64,000 bases of DNA from a virus. The DNA lies in the IMG/VR virus record IMGVR_UViG_3300032334_001128, positions 32,001-96,000 of that record. One strand, given 5' to 3'. Of the stretch, positions 6,657-18,600 are shown piece after piece. The translations under genes were made by a program, and so were the position numbers. The first letter of the stretch is position 1. Every line of letters starts with the position of its first letter. Below the pieces are notes generated by a model, which made no database searches, was not told where the DNA came from, and saw only the letters and a program-made list of their open reading frames with translations.

Positions 6657-9600
6657 GTGAGTCAAAATCTTAGTGCCCTTGTTGCCGCGTTAGAAACTAT
6701 CAACCAGAAAGATCTGGAGCTCAGCGTTGTTGAGACCGAACAGATATTCAAGAAGGGCGTTGTAACTCACGTTCTCCAGCAGAATGCTCTAGTTGCATCA
6801 ATCCGACAGGTGGCAATTAAAGACGTTCTAAAGTTCACCGACCGCTACATCGCTAGCAAGCTAGATAACGAAGACCCTCGTGATGTTTTCTTCAACGCTG
6901 CACGCGAGGTCACAAGTTTTGTTGAGTACGCTGTCAACGGTCCAGCTCTAGAAAGAGTGATGGCAGTTGAGCACAGGGACCTACTCCCAGCGGCTCACCC
7001 GTTCTCAACAAAAACCATTAGCCCAATTACCGCATCAGCACTTCGCGTACGCAATGCTGCCTGGGTAGCCTGGGACCCACGTATTACTGATGATGCAGCA
7101 CGTAAGGCTGTATTTGACGCATACGTACAGCAACCAAACACAACCAAGGGTTTGTATGCAGTTGCACGCCTTGAATCACTAACTGCTTCTGTTGTTCCAG
7201 CAGACATCAAGCTTGGTGCAGTTACAGCTGCATTTGGCGTTGGTAACCCATTTGCTGGTAACAACTCTTCAGCTGCTCGTTCTGCTCGTGCTAAGTTGCA
7301 GCGTCGTGACCGTAAGGGTCGATTTGCCGAGATGGGTGGAGGATCTCGTATCCTTGCAATGATCGGCAACATGATTAAGTCATTCACCGGTAAATTTGCT
7401 GGTATCCCTCAAGACAGCAACAACATTGAAGTTGAAATTGCTGGCAACTCAGATCTTCCTGGCGGTATTTACTCTGTACCAGCATCAAAGGTTGAAGGTC
7501 TTAAGGCTATTCTTCGTGGCAACATGGTATCTCCTGCAGTACCAGCCAACTCACGTAACTCACGTGCAGCTATCGACCTACAAGATCTACTTGCAAGCCG
7601 TAAGAGTGCTCCTACTGGTTGGACAGATAACGGTGATGGTAAATTCACATCTGCAGACGGTTATTCAGTTTCACAAATTGATATCCCTCAGGATGCAACT
7701 GGAATGAATGATAAAAATGGTAACTTTTTACCATTTGAACTTCAAGGCAAATTTATCGGTGCTGGTCCAAACGGATCATACGACCGATCTAAGCCTGTGT
7801 TCGAACTTAAAGATGCTAACGGCAACGTAGTTGGTCGCGCTCAGGAATGGGCAAACCTTCAGAAGCTTGCAGCAGACTCAGACGAGTCTAAGGGTGCAGC
7901 TCCTAAGACAAAGGCACGTCTAAGAACCCCACAGCCTGCTGGCTTCCGTCAAGAACCTGGCGACAACACAGAGCCTATTGACGTAGTTGGCGATTCTGAA
8001 GTAGAGCCGCTACCGGCACCTCCACGTAAAGAAGATGATAATTTTGAAGCTAACTACATAAACTATTTAGCCACTAAGGATTACAAAGCTAAGGACGTTA
8101 CAGATACCGATGGCAAGTACTTCCTATCTGAGCAAGAGCTAGCCGATGGCGGTAAACTTTGGCAAGTAGGCGACGATATGGACGACAACGGTCCTCAGTA
8201 TGTAGCCCAAAAAGCAGACGGTACTTTTGAAGTTAATGGTAAGACTTTCTACCCAAAGAACTACGGCGGGGATGTTATTTCTGCTGCAGATGATGCCTTT
8301 AGTACTGCTGATAAGAATAGATCTGCTGGCAAACGGGGCTTTGCACAGGAGGCTGGTAGCGAAGAAAAAGTTAACAGCGAAACACTGGACGGCTGGGCAA
8401 AAAAGTACGGTGCAGTAGAAACTACTACTCCAGATGACACTGCTAAAAACATGAGAAGATGGGCATTAGATGGCCATGATATTGTTATGGAGAACGCTAA
8501 TACTGATTCTATTAAGCCTTACAATTTTAAAATAAAGATTACTGAGGGCCCAGACGCTGGTAAGTTCTACTGGGGATCAAGCGTTGCAGATATCCCATCT
8601 AACTATCAGTACGGTCTATCTAGGGAAGAGGATTTAGAACAACTCTTTTCATTCCCTAAAAATATAAAACGTAAAAAAGATGGCTTAGAGCCACTAAAAA
8701 CAGATAAAAATCAGCAACGCGATAGCAAGATTGAAAGAATTAAAAACAATCGTGCTCAAAGAGCTAAAGTAACTAATGCTATAGCTACTGCAGACCCAAA
8801 AAAGATTCAAGAAGCCTTAGATGATGCAGCAATTCCAGAAAAATACCAGGATGTTCTAAAAGCTCAGCTCAAAAAAGCTCAGGATTTTGAAAATGGATTG
8901 AGCGAAGATCCGCACTGGACTAAAGACGAAATTGCTGCTATCGAACAGATGGCAAAAGATTACGGCTATGAAGGCGATATAGTTCCTAATGAAGAAGGCG
9001 TGTACTCATTTACGCTAGGAAGCGAGGATGACTATAGTTGGGCCGAGCTAACTATATTCCCTGGCAATAGAGCTGACTTAACTCAGTATACTACTGGTGC
9101 ATATAGTCCTGGTGGATGGGATGAGCCTCCTAGCCAGGATGTAGATTCAGAAACTAGATCAATCCCTGTAGGGTCTTCTATGGACGATCTCGAGAATATA
9201 TTTGCTGGTGGAGATAATAGCTCCGATGCGCCAGAACCACCAGAGCGTGACGAAGACGAGGGCTTCTACCAAAAGCCGGGCGAAGAACCAGAAATTAAAA
9301 CCGTTGATGACTACGTAAACTCAAAGTACGGTAGAGGTTTCAAGGAAACAACTACTGAAGCTGATAAAGCAGCTGGAAGACGCGTTTGGTTCTATGAAGA
9401 CACAGACACTGGCGGTGGCGGTGAGGTCACTCAGAATGCTGACGGCACTGTTGATATTTCAGGTACCACTTTCTCTCAGGGTATGTTTGGCGAGAGACAA
9501 TCAGAATTTGATGACAGCTTTGACCCTAACTTCTATGGCGAGGGTGAAGACGGTAGAGTCGGTGCAATTGACGACGCCTTTGGTACTATTAAGTACAAAA

Positions 9601-12600
9601 CAGGTGATCCTGGCGTACCTGACTCTGACGGCTTCGAGCAGGCTCCTGGCCTCCCTGGATTCAGACAGAAGTCCGGTAAGGGTAAATTTGAACTACCTGA
9701 AGACTTTGACAGTGTTAAGAACTGGAAAGATCTTGGCAATGGTAAGTACGAGTACACCTCTAAAGACGGACGTCTAAAGGTAAGGTACAACGAAGAATTT
9801 GACGCCGAGCCTGACGGTGAAGGCGGTATGCGTGGCTACGAAAACTCATACGCTGAGATTGAACTAGACGGTGAAGTAATTGAAGACAGTCTAGATGCTA
9901 ACGGTGCTTCTTTCCTTTTTGGTGAGGGTGAGAGAGAATTCGAACCAGCTGAGCTAGCTGACAGAGTAGTTAAGTCTCTTAAGGATGCCCAGAGCAAGGG
10001 CTTCAAGCAAGAAGCTGGGAAAGACTCAGAGGCCCAGGCCGAGTCATACTTAAATGAACTAGAGCAAGATGCTTCAGAGATTCTCGATAGAAACCCGATG
10101 GGCACCACTGAATGGACATCTAAAGATGGAAGAGTTAAGGCAGTTCACGGTGATGACGGCAGTGCTGGTGAATACGTCGAGGTATTCCTAGATGGTAAAT
10201 CCATTGGAGGTGTTGGTAAGTATTCCCCTGTGGAAGATCCAAAAACTGGAAATTATAGTGAACCATGGGATAGCCCTGATAAAGAGCCAGGTTGGGTAGC
10301 TGATGGGATCTACGAGCTTCTAAAGGAGAACCTAGCTACTGAAGGCTTCAAGCAAGAAGCTGGTAAAGAAAAATTTGAACTTTCAAAAGAGTTTTACAAC
10401 GACAAGAACTGGTCTAAGGAACCATTTAAAAATCCTGAATGGACTTCTGCAGACGGTAAGGTAAAAGTCAAGTACGTCTCTGATGGCGACGTAAATGATG
10501 AAGGACGTCCAGTTGACACTTCTTACCTAGAAGTATCCGTTGATGGCGAAGTCATTGGAGATATTTCCGCACCTAATGCCCTTCAGTACAACGCAGGTGA
10601 TCCTAACGACCCTGAATACATGAGGACCGGAATTCCAAGTTCTAAACTAGAACTAGACGAGTACGGCGACGATGTCCAGGCTATGGTTGACAATCACCTA
10701 AAGTCTAAGGGTGGCTTCAAGCAGTCTGCTGGTGAAGCAGGTGGAGTTCGCAAGTCTCACATTTCTGACCTAGACAACTGGTCTAGTGACCCATCAGATG
10801 GTGGAGAAGGTACATACACCTCTCCAGATGGACGTCTAACTCTCGAGGCTATGGCTGACGCTGACACCGACGGTGAAGGCGGAATGAAGGATCTATCTCG
10901 CATTGCTGTTTCTTATGACGGTGAAGAGATTGGAACTCTACCTAAACTTGGCGTAATGTACAACGAGGCAGATCTTGCTGACGACGTCGACAATCTAGTT
11001 AGCAAGTACCTAGAAAAGCAAACTGGTGGTTTCAACCAGCAGCCTGGTTCTGGCAGACGAAAAGTTGGAAACTTTAGAGTAATTCCTAGAGAAGAATTCA
11101 CCGACATTGTTGGTGCAGCTGATACTTCTGATGGCGGAATTGTACGTCTTGAGAAAACTAAGAACGGTACAATTACCCCTACCGCTTATAACAGATTTGG
11201 TCAGGTGATGGCTCAGAGCGAGCCTACAACTGATCTAGACGCTGCTCTAAAAGAGGGTGAGCGACTGCTATCTGGTCTTGAAGGCAAGGCCCAGGACAGC
11301 CCTGAAGTTTCTGGATTCTCTCAGAAGCCAGGCGAAGAGCCACCAGCCTGGACTAAGGATCCAGCTACTCCTTTGCAGTACAACAAGCTTCAGGGTATTC
11401 TTGACAACCAGGCTGACAGGCTTCCAACTGATGTCCGTGACATGGTTGAAGAAGCCGTTGCTAACAAGGCTCTAACCAAGGGCGAGATGGGCAAGCTCCT
11501 TGCTGAGGTTGGTAAGAGTGCTGATCTTTCAATTAGCTACACTCCTAAGGTTGATAAGGCTCATGCTTCTGATAGAGCTAACTGGAAGTATGATAAAAAA
11601 TCTAAGAGTTACTCATACACCTCTGCTGACGGAAGACTGTCTATTAATGCTGTGTCTCCAGAAGACGGTGCAACTACAGTAACTTATGACGGTAAGCCAG
11701 TTCAGATATCTAGACCTTACGGCAGTGAGATCTGGCAATCAGTCGATAACGGTGGAGTTCCTATTGGAGATTCTGTCGATACTGCTATCAAAGATCGACT
11801 AGATTTTGAAAATAAAACAGGCATCTATTCAGATAAGTCAGGCTTCGCTCAAGCTCCTGGATCTACTTCAAAAGCAATCCGTACTCCTCAGCCACAGGTT
11901 GACGAGGGTCGTGCGGCATCAGCTAAATTTGCCAAGGACGGTTTCCTAGAACAAACAACCAACTACGGCAGTGGTGACTCTGACTTGTCATGGGAAATTG
12001 ATGTTGATGACATGGAAAGTGCTGCAATAGTTGTTAAGTACTCTCCTAACCGTGGAACATGGTACGCATACGCTCAGTACAGAGATAAGAGAGGTAATCT
12101 CAGTACTGCTGAAAATGGCGACTTAGGAGACTTTAAGACTGCAGAAGAAGCTATGGCTGCAGCTAGTGCTTTTAATAACGATGAAGATCGTATGGATGAG
12201 TACAATGAAATCATTCGCGATGCTAGAAAAGCTCGTATGCAGGCAGTTGCAACTAAGTTTGAAGAGGCAGTTGCAAACAAAGACTACGATGCTCTAAAAG
12301 AGCTTTTAAATGATGAAGATGTTCTAACTTCAGAAGACTCCGATTTCTTAGAGAATGACATTCTAGAAGAGATGAACTCTATATCTCTTGAAGAAGAGCG
12401 CCAAAGCGATGTTGAGGATGCTCTCGCTTCGAATGATAAAGATAGATTAGAAGAGCTACTGGGTGATGACGACTACGAGGAGTATCACTCTAGGCTGGAA
12501 GACGCTATCAATGACTTCAAACATGGAGAAGAAGATCCAGACGGCTTCGAGCAAGCTCCAGGTAAAAAACTAACTCCTCGAAACAACCAAACTCTCAAAC

Positions 12601-15600
12601 CAAACAGTATTGGTGGCTACGATACAGGAACCGACGGGGATGGCTATATAGAAGTAAATCCTAACAAGGACGGAACATGGGAAGTAAGTCACGCATATAA
12701 CTACCTGATCGATGAAAATGGTCCTGAAGGTGTTATGGATGAGGGCTCACAGACTTTCAAGACTAAAGAAGAAGCTATGGCGTATGCTAACGATAAGCTT
12801 GAATATTACAATAGTCAGGAAGTCTATGATGATGCCTCTGATCACGCTATGGAAGCTGCATACCGTGGTGGAATGTACGATGAGGGCTTTGAGCAACGTC
12901 CTGGAAGACAAGTCAACATTGGTGATTTTGAGGTCTTTAAGGGTAACTATTCTCTAAGTGATAAATTTGAGGACTTCAATGTCAGAATTGAAAAGACTCC
13001 AGAAGGTAAATGGAAAGTAACTCCATCAGTCTTTGGATTCCCTGGAAACGATGTAAACCGCCGCGAGGACTGGTTTGATCAAACTCCTCAAACATTTGAC
13101 AACTTAGAAGATGCTAAGAAGTCAGCTGTTAAAGAAGCAAACTATCTAAGTAATGACACCAATAGATCCGGTGCCCTCGATGAGAGGGGACCAGGTTATG
13201 GTTTCGCTCAGAAGCCTGGAAAGAAAGTAAGTCCAGAAGTTTCTGCTAAGAACAAGGAACTAGCTAAGAGACTTATGGAAAAGGGTGCTTTTGATCCTGA
13301 TGGTGGTTTAGATGAAGATGACCCAGACTATGAAGCTCTTCAAGATATTAAGGATCGTAACGAGGCTTACCTAGATAACCTTGCTGCTACAGATCCAGCA
13401 GAGTATTTCTATACTATTGCTAAAGCTGGAGAGTTTATGGGCGCTGAACCATCTGACTTCAGACGTATGATTGAAAAGCCATACAACTACCATGCTGAAG
13501 TTCTTGAATCAGAGATGAACAGCTGGGTCGGAGACAACAACAGCGGCTACTGGTTAGATGAAATCGGTCACGGCTCTGAGGGCGAAGGCTTCGCTCAAAA
13601 AGCTGGAACTAAGAAAGTAAATCCAAAGGCAGCAATTCAAAAGATTATTGATGCAGCTCCTAAAGATCAGGGCTTTGCTCAGCGTGCTGGTAAAGAAGAC
13701 GGTTTAAAGAGCAACGGTACAATTGCTGGAGATATCTATGATCCAGAGACCTACGGCATGATGGACTGGGCATCTAAATGGACAGATTTCTCGGTTTCTG
13801 AAGGAGAAAATAGGCTTGGCGAGTGGTGGAAGTGGCAAGAAGAGTTTGGTCAGTGGGCAGTTAGCGAAGATCCAAAAGAAGCTGCGGGTCAGGGTCTAGT
13901 TGACGTCTACACTCTTCGTGATATTTTAGATGGAAACGTTGGCACGTTTAATCCTCTAAGCAAGAGAGATTCCGGTTGGCGTGATCGAGGAGATGGTAGT
14001 CACGAGTTTAAATCTGAGACTATAAATATATTCCCTACTAAAAATGATGACGGAACATTTGATTACACCATTACTAATGCGGCTACCGATGAGTTGATTG
14101 ACACAATCGAAAACGTAGGTGCGGCTGATAGTGTTGAAAATCTTATTTCTGGTGAATTTAGATCAGATTTGGAAGATATTGGCTATGAAGTCAGTGGTAG
14201 ATCTAGTAATGCTGTTAATCTATTCTCAGATCCATATGACAGAAGTAGAGGGTTTGCTCAAAAGTCTGGATCTGACTCCGGGCTATTAGAAGAAAATCCT
14301 GCAGCTATTAAACTCAGCGGTAAATTTAGTGATACCGGATCTGGTGGAATAAACTATCAGGATTCTGAAGGTAGATCCAAGGGTAGCGTACAAATGTTCT
14401 TTACTAAAGATAAGAATGGTAAAGAAAGCTACGGTTGGATGGTCGAGTACCTACCATCTAATGGAGAAGGTATTGTACGTAAGAGTTTTATGCAAAAATA
14501 TGACGGTGCCTACGAAGGAAAACCGTGGATTGCAGCTGAAAAACATCTAAGAAATCTAATTGCTAAAGACAATGCTAGCCAGAACAAACAAAAAACTGGT
14601 GGATTCTCTGCTAAGCAGATGGAACCTGCAACTCCTGCCCAGTATGCTCTTCTACAAGAGTACGCTGACGAGAGAGTACCAGCTGATGATCTAACTGCAC
14701 AGGCAATTCAAGACGCACTTGCTAACAGGAACCTAACTAAGGCACAGATGAGTGCTCTTATTGGTCCTATGAACGATGCTGAATTCAAGCCGGGCGTTGA
14801 CCCTAACAAGCCAAGCGACCGTGCTCTTAAGTCATTAAACAGCAAGCTTGTCACTAAAGATCTAACTCCAGAAGAAGTCAAGGACATCCTAGACAACCTA
14901 CCGAACATGAACCGTGCAGAAGTTGATGCTCTAAACGACAGGCTTCGCAGGAAGAAGGATCGTCCAGAGACCATTGGTTTCGCTCAAGAGCCAGGTGGTT
15001 CTGATGACGAGAACATGGAGCAGCTAATGGGCGACGACCTAGGCAACGACAGAAACGTTGAAACCCAGGGCGAAATGTCTGACTACTACAACTCTCTCAA
15101 AGGTGACCGTATTGCAGAACTTCAAAAGAAACTCGATGCTGCAAATGAAGAAATCAATATCTTCGGTCTAGATGACTTGCAAGAAATGCTAGACGAGGCT
15201 GACCCAGATAGCGAAGCTAACCTAAAGAGATATGGTAAAACTTGGCCTGCAGAGCAGTCTTACATTGCAGCTCAGGATCTTAGAGACGCTGCAGAGCAAA
15301 TTAGAAACAGCAATAACCCTAACGTTGACAAGAGTCTAGCTGATGATCTAGACAATGCCGCCAATCAGGTTATGAAGCGTATGGAAGATAGGATCAATCC
15401 ACTACTGTTCGCTTCAGTTGAAGATCCATATGGTACCAATTTTGATCTAGGTGATGTAGACACAGATCTAGACCAGATGCGTGAACTCTACTTTGAGACT
15501 GACACAGATGAGATCAAGAAATATCTAGATCAAACTGGAGTCTACGGTGACGTTAGATCTGGTGGAGCAGAAGCAGTAGTTTCTGATAAACCAGAAGAAG

Positions 15601-18600
15601 ATGGCGAAAACAAAGGCAAATACAGAGCTTCTGTAAGTTACGGTGGCGGAACTGCTGCTGATGATCAGGTAGAGTACTTTGATGACCCAGAAGATGCTAA
15701 AGACTGGGCAGCTAATGAAGTTTCTAACTTAAGTAGCTATCACCAAGTAGGTCTTACTCACCCAGACAAATCTTTCTCAGATCTTGATGCAGAAAGAGAT
15801 GCTGCAATTGCAAATGGCACTGAGCAGGAGTTCCTAAGTAGACTATCTGACGTAGCAAAAATAATGAGAGATCAGAGAGGCGATGAAAAGCTATCTCGTG
15901 AACTTGATGACTACGTTGAACGTGCCCAGGCAGCTCTTGACAAGAAGAAGGGCAACGCAGGAGGTCAAGGCTTCGCTCAAAGACCAGGATCTGATGAGAA
16001 CGAGCAAGATATAATCGACGACATCAAGTCTCGTGGACAAGATATCATTGATGGTCTTAGAGACAATGGCAAAATCGATGTTGAAACTGATGAAGAGTTC
16101 GAAGCTAGAATTGCTGACTATCAAAGGAACTTGGATGGTCTACTATTCCAACTAAACTTTGGCAATAGCGATACTTTAGAGCGTTTTGGGATGGATTTCG
16201 ATTCCACAGCATGGACAAGTTCTGGTAATGACGAACTTCTTGCTCAGCTAGAAGATCTAGTTCCAGAAGCTAGAAGACGTCGTAGTAGTGCTATTTATGG
16301 ATCCCGTGGCTTTGCTCAGGAACCAGGCTCCGGAACCCCTGTCAGAAATGACAAACTAAACCCAACCAGTGATGGTGGATTTGGTACTAATCCTTACTCT
16401 GATAGTCAAATTGAAGTCAATCCTACCAAAGATGGTAAGTGGGAAGTAAATCATGCTTATAACTACATGATTGACGAGAATGGTCCTACAGGTACCATTG
16501 ACGAGGGTTCTAAACTCTTTGATTCCAAAGAAGAGGCTCTTGCATTTGCTAATGAAAAACTTGACTACTACAACAGTTCTGATGTAGACAGAGATGCAGA
16601 AGATCACAATGCTGATCGTTATACTGGGTTTGATCAAAAGCCAGGCAACGCAGTTGTCTCTCCTAAGATGGGTGAACCAGCTTCAGATGCTCAGTACGAC
16701 TACCTCAAAGAACTTGGCGATACTCAGGATGGAATCAGTCCGGATCTAGCTACTGCAATCCAGGATGCTCTATCAAGTAAAAACTTGACAAAGGCTCAGG
16801 TGGGTGCATTGCTAGGACAACTTAGAGCTCTAAAGCCTAAGGCTGGTATTGATACAAGTAAGCCGACTCCTCGTCAAATTCAGAGAGTCAAAGATCTTGC
16901 GAACTCACTTGGCCTAAGCCCTGCTGAAAAGCGTAAGCTTGGTCTTAGCAAGGTGAGCAGCATGTCTTCTGATGAAGTTCAGAAGCTCATTGACAACCTA
17001 AAGCGTAGAGGCGGGGGAGACGAGGGGTCAGGTGGTGTCCGCCCAAAAGGTAGACCCGGCGATAAGCCGGGTGGTGGCGGATCAGTAGGTCAAGTACCCG
17101 GAAAATTAATTTCTTATACTCCTAGAAGTAAATTCTTAGAAAAAGATAGATCTGACGCTAAAGAAATTTATGACAGAGTAAATAAGAATCTTGACAAATA
17201 TGCTAGTCAGGATTCTGAATTTGCAAAAAAATTAGAAGAGTCTAAGAAGAAGTACCCTGAAGGCATCTACAGCATGATTGACATTGCTGCAGATCCTAAC
17301 TCTACTCAGCAGCAAATTGACGATGTTATAAAAGACGTCAATGATCTTAATAAAGCTCTGCAGAGTAGTAAAGCGGATGTATTTGCTGGAGACACTAATG
17401 TATTAGATGGTCTTGCTAAATATAAATTTGCCGAGCTAACCCCAGAAGTTAATAAACAAAAACTATCTGGAGGAAGCAAGAAGCACTCTGAAGGTGACAC
17501 TGTAGATTCTAGATTTAGTGCTATGTATAACCCTAACCTAGTTGAATACAAGAGCTCAGAAAATGGTAGGGGCTCCACTAATACAGCAATTGGTTATGTA
17601 ACTACCGATGCTTTAGAAGGCATGGCTGGAAATGAAATTCGTAATGCAAGTGTAGTTAACGATATTGCAAAAGATCTTAAAAATGGAGTTGGATTTAAAG
17701 AACCGATAATCATGATTTACGATCCAAAAACCGGTAAAGCATTTATTACTGAAGGTAACCATAGACTTGCTGCAGCAAAAAAGGCTGGAGTTAAATACGT
17801 TCCAGTAAGAATTGTAAATCTAGATGTAGCTCCAGGTGACCAGATTAAGATGGAGCGAGTTGGTAAGCCTCTAGGACGTAGAGCTGCCCCTATTGGCGGA
17901 GGTGAGTGGTCTTCAACAATTCAGCCTAGTCAAATATTTGATGACTCTCAGCTTCTCCAAGAAGATGCCGGAGGTTTTGCTCAAGCAGCCGGATCACCTA
18001 GAGCCAAGAGATTCAACGAAATGGCGGCTGACCGTAAGTTTGTAGACGCTACAACTGAAAAAGATGCTAAGAAAGATATTAGCCGTTGGAGTAGAGAAGA
18101 AAACGGTCTAAAAACTGAAATTACTGAACGTAATGGAAGATTCACTGCCAAGTTCAGCGATAAGCCTAAAGAAGAAGTAGACCTTGGTATCAATGAATCT
18201 GCAGCGTTTAAAGAGGCAGAACGCCAGATTATGCTCAGAACCGCTGAGTTTGACACTGTTGACCTAGATGGCTTTGCTCAAAAAGAAGGCGACAAGGGTC
18301 CTAAGCGTCAACGCGTTCTAGAAGCCATCGCTTCAGTAAGCAACGCCCTCGGTCTATTCGACGAGTGGAAGGGTAAGACTACCAAGGTTCGTGAAGATGT
18401 AAACAACGTTGGCGAATTTGTCAACAACATGCGTTACGTCAAGGCGGATCTTGAAAAAGCAATCAATAACCTAAAGAACTCTAAGGGTGTTGAAGAGAAG
18501 ATGGCTGCCATCTCTGAGCTGACTGCTGCAATCAAGAAAGCAAAACTTGCTGCAAGAATTGCTAAGGATCGTTGGAAGAGAAATCACCCTGAAGACCTGA

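Noticed and set aside
9336-17705. GFKET, GFLEQ, GFGTN and GFKEP peptides as additional delimiter motifs
   Set aside because: They lack Q at position 4 and lie within domains, so they were not counted.
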